The notes under the pieces: model-generated
Seen by the model: only the letters and a program-made list of their open reading frames with translations
Databases searched by the model: none
What the model was told of the DNA's origin: nothing
Origin: the human T2T-CHM13v2.0 reference genome, Homo sapiens
NCBI RefSeq assembly: GCF_009914755.1
Contig: NC_060942.1
Reading direction: 5' to 3' (one strand)
DNA: 64,000 bases
Program-made: the position numbers and the translations under genes
Part shown: piece after piece, positions 25,401-39,812 of the stretch
Layout: each line of letters begins with the position of its first letter
Position numbering within the stretch: the first letter of the stretch is position 1

Positions 25401-28400
25401 TGAACATTCCCTATCATAGAGCAGGTTGGAATCACTCCTTTTGTAGTATCTGGAAATGGACATTTGGAGCGCTTTCAGGCCTATTTTGGAAAGGGAAATA
25501 TCTTCCCGTAACAACTATGCAGAAGCATTCTCAGAAACTTGTTTGTGATGTGTGCCCTCTACTGACAGAGTTGAACCTTTCTTTTCATAGAGCAGTTTTG
25601 AAACACTCTTTTTGTAGAATCTGCAAGAGGATATTTGCATAGCTTTGAGGATTTCGTGGGAAACGGGATTGTCTTCAGGTAAAATCTAGACAGAAGCATT
25701 CTCAGAAACTTCTTTGGGATGTTTGCATTCAAGTCACAGAGTAGAACATTCCCTTTGGTAGAGCAGGTTTGAAACACTCTTTTTGTAGTATCTGGAAGTG
25801 GACATTTGGAGCGCTTTCAGGCCCATGTTGGAAAGGGAAATATCTTCCCGTAACAACTAGGCAGAAGCATTCTCAGAAACTTATTTGAGATGTGTGTACT
25901 CAACTAAGAGAATTGAACCACCGTTTTGAAGGAGCAGTTTTGAAACACTCTTTTTCTGGAATCTGTAAGAGTATATTTGCCTAGCCTTGAGGATTTCGTT
26001 GGAAACGGGATTGTCTTCAGAGAAAATCTAGACAGAAGCATTCTCAGAAACTTCTTTGGGATGTTTGCATTCAAGTCACAGAGTAGAACATTCCCTTTGG
26101 TAGAGCAGGTTTGAAACACTCTTTTTGTAGTATCTGGAAGTGGACATTTGGAGCGCTTTCAGGCCTACGTTGGAAAAGGAAATATCTTCCCATAACAACT
26201 AGACAGAAGCATTCTCAGAAACTCGTTTCTGATGTGTGTCCTCAACTAACACAGTTGAACATTTCTTTAGACAGAACAGTTTTGAAACACTCTTTTTGTG
26301 GAATCTGCAAGTGGCTATTTGGCTAGATTTGAGGATTTCGTTGGAAACGGGATTACATATAAAAAGCAGTCAGCAGCATTCTCAGAAAGTTCTTTGTGAT
26401 GATTGCATTCAAGTCACAGAATTGAACATTCCCTTTCACAGAGCAGGTTTGAAACACTCTTTTTGTAGTGTGTGTAAGTGGACATTTGGAGCACTTACCG
26501 GCCTAAGGTGAAAAAGGAAATATCTTCCCATAAAAACTAGACAGAAGCATTCTCAGAAACTTACTCGTGATGTGTGTCCTCAACTAAAGGAGTAGAACCT
26601 TTCTTTTCATAGAGAAGTTTTGAAACGCTCTTTTTGTGGAATCTGCAAGTGGATATTTGGCTAGTTTTGAGGATTTCGTTGGAAGCGGGAATTCATACAA
26701 ATTGCAGACTGCAGCGTTCTGAGAAACATCTTTGTGATGTTTGTATTCAGGACACAGAGTTGAACATTCCCTATCATAGAGCAGGTTGGAATCACTCCTT
26801 TTGTAGTATCTGGAAGTGGACATTTGGAGCGCTTTCAGGCCTATGTTGGAAAAGGAAATATCTTCCCATAACAACTAGACAGAAGCATTCTCAGAAACTT
26901 ATTTGAGATGTGTGTACTCAACTAAGAGAATTGAACCACCGTTTTGAAGGAGCAGTTTTGAAACTCTCTTTTTCTGGAATCTGCAAGTGGATATTTGGCT
27001 AGCTTTGGGGATTTCGCTGGAAGCGGGAATACATATAAAAAGCACACAGCAGCGTTCTGAGAAACTGCTTTCTGATGTTTGCATTCAAGTCAAAAGTTGA
27101 ACACTCCCTTTCATAGAGCAGTCTTGAAACACCCCTTTTGTAGTATCTGGAACTGGACTTTTGGAGCGATTTCAGGGCTAAGGTGAAAAAGGAAATATCT
27201 TCCCATAAAAACTGGACAGAAGCATTCTCAGAAACTTGTTTATGCTGTATCTACTCAACTAACAAAGTTGAACCTTTCTTTTGATAGAGCAGTTTTGAAA
27301 TGGTCTTTTTGTGGAATCTGCAAGTGGATATTTGGCTAGTTTTGAGGATTTCGTTGGAAGCGGGAATTCATACAAATTGCAGACTGCAGCGTTCTGAGAA
27401 ACATCTTTGTGATGTTTGTATTCAGGACACAGAGTTGAACATTCCCTATCATAGAGCAGGTTGGAATCACTCCTTTTGTAGTATCTGGAAGTGGACATTT
27501 GGAGCGCTTTCAGGCCTATTTTGGAAAGGGAAATATCTTCCCGTAACAACTATGCAGAAGCATTCTCAGAAACTTGTTTGTGATGTGTGCCCTCTACTGA
27601 CAGAGTTGAACCTTTCTTTTCATAGAGCAGTTTTGAAACACTCTTTTTGTAGAATCTGCAAGAGGATATTTGCATAGCTTTGAGGATTTCGTGGGAAACG
27701 GGATTGTCTTCAGGTAAAATCTAGACAGAAGCATTCTCAGAAACTTCTTTGGGATGTTTGCATTCAAGTCACAGAGTAGAACATTCCCTTTGGTAGAGCA
27801 GGTTTGAAACACTCTTTTTGTAGTATCTGGAAGTGGACATTTGGAGCGCTTTCAGGCCCATGTTGGAAAGGGAAATATCTTCCCGTAACAACTAGGCAGA
27901 AGCATTCTCAGAAACTTATTTGAGATGTGTGTACTCAACTAAGAGAATTGAACCACCGTTTTGAAGGAGCAGTTTTGAAACACTCTTTTTCTGGAATCTG
28001 CAAGAGTATATTTGCCTAGCCTTGAGGATTTCGTTGGAAACGGGATTGTCTTCAGAGAAAATCTAGACAGAAGCATTCTCAGAAACTTCTTTGGGATGTT
28101 TGCATTCAAGTCACAGAGTAGAACATTCCCTTTGGTAGAGCAGGTTTGAAACACTCTTTTTTTAGTATCTGGAAGTGGACATTTGGAGCGCTTTCAGGCC
28201 TACGTTGGAAAAGGAAATATCTTCCCATAACAACTAGACAGAAGCATTCTCAGAAACTAGTTTCTGATGTGTGTCCTCAACTAACACAGTTGAACATTTC
28301 TTTAGACAGAACAGTTTTGAAACACTCTTTTTGTGGAATCTGCAAGTGGCTATTTGGCTAGATTTGAGGATTTCGTTGGAAACGGGATTACATATAAAAA

Positions 28401-30653
28401 GCAGTCAGCAGCATTCTCAGAAAGTTCTTTGTGATGATTGCATTCAAGTCACAGAATTGAACATTCCCTTTCACAGAGCAGGTTTGAAACACTCTTTTTG
28501 TAGTGTGTGTAAGTGGACATTTGGAGCACTTACCGGCCTAAGGTGAAAAAGGAAATATCTTCCCATAAAAACTAGACAGAAGCATTCTCAGAAACTTACT
28601 CGTGATGTGTGTCCTCAACTAAAGGAGTAGAACCTTTCTTTTCATAGAGAAGTTTTGAAACGCTCTTTTTGTGGAATCTGCAAGTGGATATTTGGCTAGT
28701 TTTGAGGATTTCGTTGGAAGCGGGAATTCATACAAATTGCAGACTGCAGCGTTCTGAGAAACATCTTTGTGATGTTTGTATTCAGGACACAGAGTTGAAC
28801 ATTCCCTATCATAGAGCAGGTTGGAATCACTCCTTTTGTAGTATCTGGAAGTGGACATTTGGAGCGCTTTCAGGCCTATGTTGGAAAAGGAAATATCTTC
28901 CCATAACAACTAGACAGAAGCATTCTCAGAAACTTATTTGAGATGTGTGTACTCAACTAAGAGAATTGAACCACCGTTTTGAAGGAGCAGTTTTGAAACA
29001 CTCTTTTTCTGGAATCTGCAAGTGGATATTTGGCTAGCTTTGGGGATTTCGCTGGAAGCGGGAATACATATAAAAAGCACACAGCAGCGTTCTGAGAAAC
29101 TGCTTTCTGATGTTTGCATTCAAGTCAAAAGTTGAACACTCCCTTTCATAGAGCAGTCTTGAAACACCCCTTTTGTAGTATCTGGAACTGGACTTTTGGA
29201 GCGATTTCAGGGCTAAGGTGAAAAAGGAAATATCTTCCCATAAAAACTGGACAGAAGCATTCTCAGAAACTTGGTTATGCTGTATCTACTCAACTAACAA
29301 AGTTGAACCTTTCTTTTGATAGAGCAGTTTTGAAATGGTCTTTTTGTGGAATCTGCAAGTGGATATTTGGCTAGTTTTGAGGATTTCGTTGGAAGCGGGA
29401 ATTCATACAAATTGCAGACTGCAGCGTTCTGAGAAACATCTTTGTGATGTTTGTATTCAGGACACAGAGTTGAACATTCCCTATCATAGAGCAGGTTGGA
29501 ATCACTCCTTTTGTAGTATCTGGAAGTGGACATTTGGAGCGCTTTCAGGCCTATTTTGGAAAGGGAAATATCTTCCCGTAACAACTATGCAGAAGCATTC
29601 TCAGAAACTTGTTTGTGATGTGTGCCCTCTACTGACAGAGTTGAACCTTTCTTTTCATAGAGCAGTTTTGAAACACTCTTTTTGTAGAATCTGCAAGAGG
29701 ATATTTGCATAGCTTTGAGGATTTCGTGGGAAACGGGATTGTCTTCAGGTAAAATCTAGACAGAAGCATTCTCAGAAACTTCTTTGGGATGTTTGCATTC
29801 AAGTCACAGAGTAGAACATTCCCTTTGGTAGAGCAGGTTTGAAACACTCTTTTTGTAGTATCTGGAAGTGGACATTTGGAGCGCTTTCAGGCCCATGTTG
29901 GAAAGGGAAATATCTTCCCGTAACAACTAGGCAGAAGCATTCTCAGAAACTTATTTGAGATGTGTGTACTCAACTAAGAGAATTGAACCACCGTTTTGAA
30001 GGAGCAGTTTTGAAACACTCTTTTTCTGGAATCTGCAAGAGTATATTTGCCTAGCCTTGAGGATTTCGTTGGAAACGGGATTGTCTTCAGAGAAAATCTA
30101 GACAGAAGCATTCTCAGAAACTTCTTTGGGATGTTTGCATTCAAGTCACAGAGTAGAACATTCCCTTTGGTAGAGCAGGTTTGAAACACTCTTTTTGTAG
30201 TATCTGGAAGTGGACATTTGGAGCGCTTTCAGGCCTACGTTGGAAAAGGAAATATCTTCCCATAACAACTAGACAGAAGCATTCTCAGAAACTAGTTTCT
30301 GATGTGTGTCCTCAACTAACACAGTTGAACATTTCTTTAGACAGAACAGTTTTGAAACACTCTTTTTGTGGAATCTGCAAGTGGCTATTTGGCTAGATTT
30401 GAGGATTTCGTTGGAAACGGGATTACATATAAAAAGCAGTCAGCAGCATTCTCAGAAAGTTCTTTGTGATGATTGCATTCAAGTCACAGAATTGAACATT
30501 CCCTTTCACAGAGCAGGTTTGAAACACTCTTTTTGTAGTGTGTGTAAGTGGACATTTGGAGCACTTACCGGCCTAAGGTGAAAAAGGAAATATCTTCCCA
30601 TAAAAACTAGACAGAAGCATTCTCAGAAACTTACTCGTGATGTGTGTCCTCAA

Positions 30654-31671
30654 CTAAAGGAGTAGAACCTTTCTTTTCATAGAGAAGTTTTGAAACGCTC
30701 TTTTTGTGGAATCTGCAAGTGGATATTTGGCTAGTTTTGAGGATTTCGTTGGAAGCGGGAATTCATACAAATTGCAGACTGCAGCGTTCTGAGAAACATC
30801 TTTGTGATGTTTGTATTCAGGACACAGAGTTGAACATTCCCTATCATAGAGCAGGTTGGAATCACTCCTTTTGTAGTATCTGGAAGTGGACATTTGGAGC
30901 GCTTTCAGGCCTATGTTGGAAAAGGAAATATCTTCCCATAACAACTAGACAGAAGCATTCTCAGAAACTTATTTGAGATGTGTGTACTCAACTAAGAGAA
31001 TTGAACCACCGTTTTGAAGGAGCAGTTTTGAAACACTCTTTTTCTGGAATCTGCAAGAGTATATTTGCCTAGCCTTGAGGATTTCGTTGGAAACGGGATT
31101 GTCTTCAGAGAAAATCTAGACAGAAGCATTCTCAGAAACTTCTTTGGGATGTTTGCATTCAAGTCACAGAGTAGAACATTCCCTTTGGTAGAGCAGGTTT
31201 GAAACACTCTTTTTGTAGTATCTGGAAGTGGACATTTGGAGCGCTTTCAGGCCTACGTTGGAAAAGGAAATATCTTCCCATAACAACTAGACAGAAGCAT
31301 TCTCAGAAACTAGTTTCTGATGTGTGTCCTCAACTAACACAGTTGAACATTTCTTTAGACAGAACAGTTTTGAAACACTCTTTTTGTGGAATCTGCAAGT
31401 GGCTATTTGGCTAGATTTGAGGATTTCGTTGGAAACGGGATTACATATAAAAAGCAGTCAGCAGCATTCTCAGAAAGTTATTTGTGATGATTGCATTCAA
31501 GTCACAGAATTGAACATTCCCTTTCACAGAGCAGGTTTGAAACACTCTTTTTGTAGTGTGTGTAAGTGGACATTTGGAGCACTTACCGGCCTAAGGTGAA
31601 AAAGGAAATATCTTCCCATAAAAACTAGACAGAAGCATTCTCAGAAACTTACTCGTGATGTGTGTCCTCAA
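30654..31671. repeat. 6-mer HOR deletion variant (1018 bp)
   Basis: Landmark spacing is 1018; same junction as the 15391 unit. Confidence 0.96.
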
Positions 31672-34600
31672 CTAAAGGAGTAGAACCTTTCTTTTCATAG
31701 AGAAGTTTTGAAACGCTCTTTTTGTGGAATCTGCAAGTGGATATTTGGCTAGTTTTGAGGATTTCGTTGGAAGCGGGAATTCATACAAATTGCAGACTGC
31801 AGCGTTCTGAGAAACATCTTTGTGATGTTTGTATTCAGGACACAGAGTTGAACATTCCCTATCATAGAGCAGGTTTGAATCACTCCTTTTGTAGTATCTG
31901 GAAGTGGACATTTGGAGCGCTTTCAGGCCTATGTTGGAAAAGGAAATATCTTCCCATAACAACTAGACAGAAGCATTCTCAGAAACTTATTTGAGATATG
32001 TGTACTCAACTAAGAGAATTGAACCACCGTTTTGAAGGAGCAGTTTTGAAACACTCTTTTTCTGGAATCTGCAAGTGGATATTTGGCTAGCTTTGGGGAT
32101 TTCGCTGGAAGCGGGAATACATATAAAAAGCACACAGCAGCGTTCTGAGAAACTGCTTTCTGATGTTTGCATTCAAGTCAAAAGTTGAACACTCCCTTTC
32201 ATAGAGCAGTCTTGAAACACCCCTTTTGTAGTATCTGGAACTGGACTTTTGGAGCGATTTCAGGGCTAAGGTGAAAAAGGAAATATCTTCCCATAAAAAC
32301 TGGACAGAAGCATTCTCAGAAACTTGGTTATGCTGTATCTACTCAACTAACAAAGTTGAACCTTTCTTTTGATAGAGCAGTTTTGAAATGGTCTTTTTGT
32401 GGAATCTGCAAGTGGATATTTGGCTAGTTTTGAGGATTTCGTTGGAAGCGGGAATTCATACAAATTGCAGACTGCAGCGTTCTGAGAAACATCTTTGTGA
32501 TGTTTGTATTCAGGACACAGAGTTGAACATTCCCTATCATAGAGCAGGTTGGAATCACTCCTTTTGTAGTATCTGGAAGTGGACATTTGGAGCGCTTTCA
32601 GGCCTATTTTGGAAAGGGAAATATCTTCCCGTAACAACTATGCAGAAGCATTCTCAGAAACTTGTTTGTGATGTGTGCCCTCTACTGACAGAGTTGAACC
32701 TTTCTTTTCATAGAGCAGTTTTGAAACACTCTTTTTGTAGAATCTGCAAGAGGATATTTGCATAGCTTTGAGGATTTCGTGGGAAACGGGATTGTCTTCA
32801 GGTAAAATCTAGACAGAAGCATTCTCAGAAACTTCTTTGGGATGTTTGCATTCAAGTCACAGAGTAGAACATTCCCTTTGGTAGAGCAGGTTTGAAACAC
32901 TCTTTTTGTAGTATCTGGAAGTGGACATTTGGAGCGCTTTCAGGCCCATGTTGGAAAGGGAAATATCTTCCCGTAACAACTAGGCAGAAGCATTCTCAGA
33001 AACTTATTTGAGATGTGTGTACTCAACTAAGAGAATTGAACCACCGTTTTGAAGGAGCAGTTTTGAAACACTCTTTTTCTGGAATCTGCAAGAGTATATT
33101 TGCCTAGCCTTGAGGATTTCGTTGGAAACGGGATTGTCTTCAGAGAAAATCTAGACAGAAGCATTCTCAGAAACTTCTTTGGGATGTTTGCATTCAAGTC
33201 ACAGAGTAGAACATTCCCTTTGGTAGAGCAGGTTTGAAACACTCTTTTTTTAGTATCTGGAAGTGGACATTTGGAGCGCTTTCAGGCCTACGTTGGAAAA
33301 GGAAATATCTTCCCATAACAACTAGACAGAAGCATTCTCAGAAACTAGTTTCTGATGTGTGTCCTCAACTAACACAGTTGAACATTTCTTTAGACAGAAC
33401 AGTTTTGAAACACTCTTTTTGTGGAATCTGCAAGTGGCTATTTGGCTAGATTTGAGGATTTCGTTGGAAACGGGATTACATATAAAAAGCAGTCAGCAGC
33501 ATTCTCAGAAAGTTCTTTGTGATGATTGCATTCAAGTCACAGAATTGAACATTCCCTTTCACAGAGCAGGTTTGAAACACTCTTTTTGTAGTGTGTGTAA
33601 GTGGACATTTGGAGCACTTACCGGCCTAAGGTGAAAAAGGAAATATCTTCCCATAAAAACTAGACAGAAGCATTCTCAGAAACTTACTCGTGATGTGTGT
33701 CCTCAACTAAAGGAGTAGAACCTTTCTTTTCATAGAGAAGTTTTGAAACGCTCTTTTTGTGGAATCTGCAAGTGGATATTTGGCTAGTTTTGAGGATTTC
33801 GTTGGAAGCGGGAATTCATACAAATTGCAGACTGCAGCGTTCTGAGAAACATCTTTGTGATGTTTGTATTCAGGACACAGAGTTGAACATTCCCTATCAT
33901 AGAGCAGGTTGGAATCACTCCTTTTGTAGTATCTGGAAGTGGACATTTGGAGCGCTTTCAGGCCTATGTTGGAAAAGGAAATATCTTCCCATAACAACTA
34001 GACAGAAGCATTCTCAGAAACTTATTTGAGATGTGTGTACTCAACTAAGAGAATTGAACCACCGTTTTGAAGGAGCAGTTTTGAAACACTCTTTTTCTGG
34101 AATCTGCAAGTGGATATTTGGCTAGCTTTGGGGATTTCGCTGGAAGCGGGAATACATATAAAAAGCACACAGCAGCGTTCTGAGAAACTGCTTTCTGATG
34201 TTTGCATTCAAGTCAAAAGTTGAACACTCCCTTTCATAGAGCAGTCTTGAAACACCCCTTTTGTAGTATCTGGAACTGGACTTTTGGAGCGATTTCAGGG
34301 CTAAGGTGAAAAAGGAAATATCTTCCCATAAAAACTGGACAGAAGCATTCTCAGAAACTTGGTTATGCTGTATCTACTCAACTAACAAAGTTGAACCTTT
34401 CTTTTGATAGAGCAGTTTTGAAATGGTCTTTTTGTGGAATCTGCAAGTGGATATTTGGCTAGTTTTGAGGATTTCGTTGGAAGCGGGAATTCATACAAAT
34501 TGCAGACTGCAGCGTTCTGAGAAACATCTTTGTGATGTTTGTATTCAGGACACAGAGTTGAACATTCCCTATCATAGAGCAGGTTGGAATCACTCCTTTT

Positions 34601-35741
34601 GTAGTATCTGGAAGTGGACATTTGGAGCGCTTTCAGGCCTATTTTGGAAAGGGAAATATCTTCCCGTAACAACTATGCAGAAGCATTCTCAGAAACTTGT
34701 TTGTGATGTGTGCCCTCTACTGACAGAGTTGAACCTTTCTTTTCATAGAGCAGTTTTGAAACACTCTTTTTGTAGAATCTGCAAGAGGATATTTGCATAG
34801 CTTTGAGGATTTCGTGGGAAACGGGATTGTCTTCAGGTAAAATCTAGACAGAAGCATTCTCAGAAACTTCTTTGGGATGTTTGCATTCAAGTCACAGAGT
34901 AGAACATTCCCTTTGGTAGAGCAGGTTTGAAACACTCTTTTTGTAGTATCTGGAAGTGGACATTTGGAGCGCTTTCAGGCCCATGTTGGAAAGGGAAATA
35001 TCTTCCCGTAACAACTAGGCAGAAGCATTCTCAGAAACTTATTTGAGATGTGTGTACTCAACTAAGAGAATTGAACCACCGTTTTGAAGGAGCAGTTTTG
35101 AAACACTCTTTTTCTGGAATCTGCAAGAGTATATTTGCCTAGCCTTGAGGATTTCGTTGGAAACGGGATTGTCTTCAGAGAAAATCTAGACAGAAGCATT
35201 CTCAGAAACTTCTTTGGGATGTTTGCATTCAAGTCACAGAGTAGAACATTCCCTTTGGTAGAGCAGGTTTGAAACACTCTTTTTGTAGTATCTGGAAGTG
35301 GACATTTGGAGCGCTTTCAGGCCTACGTTGGAAAAGGAAATATCTTCCCATAACAACTAGACAGAAGCATTCTCAGAAACTAGTTTCTGATGTGTGTCCT
35401 CAACTAACACAGTTGAACATTTCTTTAGACAGAACAGTTTTGAAACACTCTTTTTGTGGAATCTGCAAGTGGCTATTTGGCTAGATTTGAGGATTTCGTT
35501 GGAAACGGGATTACATATAAAAAGCAGTCAGCAGCATTCTCAGAAAGTTCTTTGTGATGATTGCATTCAAGTCACAGAATTGAACATTCCCTTTCACAGA
35601 GCAGGTTTGAAACACTCTTTTTGTAGTGTGTGTAAGTGGACATTTGGAGCACTTACCGGCCTAAGGTGAAAAAGGAAATATCTTCCCATAAAAACTAGAC
35701 AGAAGCATTCTCAGAAACTTACTCGTGATGTGTGTCCTCAA

Positions 35742-36759
35742 CTAAAGGAGTAGAACCTTTCTTTTCATAGAGAAGTTTTGAAACGCTCTTTTTGTGGAAT
35801 CTGCAAGTGGATATTTGGCTAGTTTTGAGGATTTCGTTGGAAGCGGGAATTCATACAAATTGCAGACTGCAGCGTTCTGAGAAACATCTTTGTGATGTTT
35901 GTATTCAGGACACAGAGTTGAACATTCCCTATCATAGAGCAGGTTGGAATCACTCCTTTTGTAGTATCTGGAAGTGGACATTTGGAGCGCTTTCAGGCCT
36001 ATGTTGGAAAAGGAAATATCTTCCCATAACAACTAGACAGAAGCATTCTCAGAAACTTATTTGAGATGTGTGTACTCAACTAAGAGAATTGAACCACCGT
36101 TTTGAAGGAGCAGTTTTGAAACACTCTTTTTCTGGAATCTGCAAGAGTATATTTGCCTAGCCTTGAGGATTTCGTTGGAAACGGGATTGTCTTCAGAGAA
36201 AATCTAGACAGAAGCATTCTCAGAAACTTCTTTGGGATGTTTGCATTCAAGTCACAGAGTAGAACATTCCCTTTGGTAGAGCAGGTTTGAAACACTCTTT
36301 TTGTAGTATCTGGAAGTGGACATTTGGAGCGCTTTCAGGCCTACGTTGGAAAAGGAAATATCTTCCCATAACAACTAGACAGAAGCATTCTCAGAAACTA
36401 GTTTCTGATGTGTGTCCTCAACTAACACAGTTGAACATTTCTTTAGACAGAACAGTTTTGAAACACTCTTTTTGTGGAATCTGCAAGTGGCTATTTGGCT
36501 AGATTTGAGGATTTCGTTGGAAACGGGATTACATATAAAAAGCAGTCAGCAGCATTCTCAGAAAGTTCTTTGTGATGATTGCATTCAAGTCACAGAATTG
36601 AACATTCCCTTTCACAGAGCAGGTTTGAAACACTCTTTTTGTAGTGTGTGTAAGTGGACATTTGGAGCACTTACCGGCCTAAGGTGAAAAAGGAAATATC
36701 TTCCCATAAAAACTAGACAGAAGCATTCTCAGAAACTTACTCGTGATGTGTGTCCTCAA
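35742..36759. repeat. 6-mer HOR deletion variant (1018 bp)
   Basis: Landmark spacing is 1018; same junction. Confidence 0.96.
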
Positions 36760-38794
36760 CTAAAGGAGTAGAACCTTTCTTTTCATAGAGAAGTTTTGAA
36801 ACGCTCTTTTTGTGGAATCTGCAAGTGGATATTTGGCTAGTTTTGAGGATTTCGTTGGAAGCGGGAATTCATACAAATTGCAGACTGCAGCGTTCTGAGA
36901 AACATCTTTGTGATGTTTGTATTCAGGACACAGAGTTGAACATTCCCTATCATAGAGCAGGTTTGAATCACTCCTTTTGTAGTATCTGGAAGTGGACATT
37001 TGGAGCGCTTTCAGGCCTATGTTGGAAAAGGAAATATCTTCCCATAACAACTAGACAGAAGCATTCTCAGAAACTTATTTGAGATGTGTGTACTCAACTA
37101 AGAGAATTGAACCACCGTTTTGAAGGAGCAGTTTTGAAACACTCTTTTTCTGGAATCTGCAAGTGGATATTTGGCTAGCTTTGGGGATTTCGCTGGAAGC
37201 GGGAATACATATAAAAAGCACACAGCAGCGTTCTGAGAAACTGCTTTCTGATGTTTGCATTCAAGTCAAAAGTTGAACACTCCCTTTCATAGAGCAGTCT
37301 TGAAACACCCCTTTTGTAGTATCTGGAACTGGACTTTTGGAGCGATTTCAGGGCTAAGGTGAAAAAGGAAATATCTTCCCATAAAAACTGGACAGAAGCA
37401 TTCTCAGAAACTTGGTTATGCTGTATCTACTCAACTAACAAAGTTGAACCTTTCTTTTGATAGAGCAGTTTTGAAATGGTCTTTTTGTGGAATCTGCAAG
37501 TGGATATTTGGCTAGTTTTGAGGATTTCGTTGGAAGCGGGAATTCATACAAATTGCAGACTGCAGCGTTCTGAGAAACATCTTTGTGATGTTTGTATTCA
37601 GGACACAGAGTTGAACATTCCCTATCATAGAGCAGGTTGGAATCACTCCTTTTGTAGTATCTGGAAGTGGACATTTGGAGCGCTTTCAGGCCTATTTTGG
37701 AAAGGGAAATATCTTCCCGTAACAACTATGCAGAAGCATTCTCAGAAACTTGTTTGTGATGTGTGCCCTCTACTGACAGAGTTGAACCTTTCTTTTCATA
37801 GAGCAGTTTTGAAACACTCTTTTTGTAGAATCTGCAAGAGGATATTTGCATAGCTTTGAGGATTTCGTGGGAAACGGGATTGTCTTCAGGTAAAATCTAG
37901 ACAGAAGCATTCTCAGAAACTTCTTTGGGATGTTTGCATTCAAGTCACAGAGTAGAACATTCCCTTTGGTAGAGCAGGTTTGAAACACTCTTTTTGTAGT
38001 ATCTGGAAGTGGACATTTGGAGCGCTTTCAGGCCCATGTTGGAAAGGGAAATATCTTCCCGTAACAACTAGGCAGAAGCATTCTCAGAAACTTATTTGAG
38101 ATGTGTGTACTCAACTAAGAGAATTGAACCACCGTTTTGAAGGAGCAGTTTTGAAACACTCTTTTTCTGGAATCTGCAAGAGTATATTTGCCTAGCCTTG
38201 AGGATTTCGTTGGAAACGGGATTGTCTTCAGAGAAAATCTAGACAGAAGCATTCTCAGAAACTTCTTTGGGATGTTTGCATTCAAGTCACAGAGTAGAAC
38301 ATTCCCTTTGGTAGAGCAGGTTTGAAACACTCTTTTTGTAGTATCTGGAAGTGGACATTTGGAGCGCTTTCAGGCCTACGTTGGAAAAGGAAATATCTTC
38401 CCATAACAACTAGACAGAAGCATTCTCAGAAACTAGTTTCTGATGTGTGTCCTCAACTAACACAGTTGAACATTTCTTTAGACAGAACAGTTTTGAAACA
38501 CTCTTTTTGTGGAATCTGCAAGTGGCTATTTGGCTAGATTTGAGGATTTCGTTGGAAACGGGATTACATATAAAAAGCAGTCAGCAGCATTCTCAGAAAG
38601 TTCTTTGTGATGATTGCATTCAAGTCACAGAATTGAACATTCCCTTTCACAGAGCAGGTTTGAAACACTCTTTTTGTAGTGTGTGTAAGTGGACATTTGG
38701 AGCACTTACCGGCCTAAGGTGAAAAAGGAAATATCTTCCCATAAAAACTAGACAGAAGCATTCTCAGAAACTTACTCGTGATGTGTGTCCTCAA

Positions 38795-39812
38795 CTAAAG
38801 GAGTAGAACCTTTCTTTTCATAGAGAAGTTTTGAAACGCTCTTTTTGTGGAATCTGCAAGTGGATATTTGGCTAGTTTTGAGGATTTCGTTGGAAGCGGG
38901 AATTCATACAAATTGCAGACTGCAGCGTTCTGAGAAACATCTTTGTGATGTTTGTATTCAGGACACAGAGTTGAACATTCCCTATCATAGAGCAGGTTGG
39001 AATCACTCCTTTTGTAGTATCTGGAAGTGGACATTTGGAGCGCTTTCAGGCCTATGTTGGAAAAGGAAATATCTTCCCATAACAACTAGACAGAAGCATT
39101 CTCAGAAACTTATTTGAGATGTGTGTACTCAACTAAGAGAATTGAACCACCGTTTTGAAGGAGCAGTTTTGAAACACTCTTTTTCTGGAATCTGCAAGAG
39201 TATATTTGCCTAGCCTTGAGGATTTCGTTGGAAACGGGATTGTCTTCAGAGAAAATCTAGACAGAAGCATTCTCAGAAACTTCTTTGGGATGTTTGCATT
39301 CAAGTCACAGAGTAGAACATTCCCTTTGGTAGAGCAGGTTTGAAACACTCTTTTTGTAGTATCTGGAAGTGGACATTTGGAGCGCTTTCAGGCCTACGTT
39401 GGAAAAGGAAATATCTTCCCATAACAACTAGACAGAAGCATTCTCAGAAACTAGTTTCTGATGTGTGTCCTCAACTAACACAGTTGAACATTTCTTTAGA
39501 CAGAACAGTTTTGAAACACTCTTTTTGTGGAATCTGCAAGTGGCTATTTGGCTAGATTTGAGGATTTCGTTGGAAACGGGATTACATATAAAAAGCAGTC
39601 AGCAGCATTCTCAGAAAGTTCTTTGTGATGATTGCATTCAAGTCACAGAATTGAACATTCCCTTTCACAGAGCAGGTTTGAAACACTCTTTTTGTAGTGT
39701 GTGTAAGTGGACATTTGGAGCACTTACCGGCCTAAGGTGAAAAAGGAAATATCTTCCCATAAAAACTAGACAGAAGCATTCTCAGAAACTTACTCGTGAT
39801 GTGTGTCCTCAA
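38795..39812. repeat. 6-mer HOR deletion variant (1018 bp)
   Basis: Landmark spacing is 1018; same junction. Confidence 0.96.
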
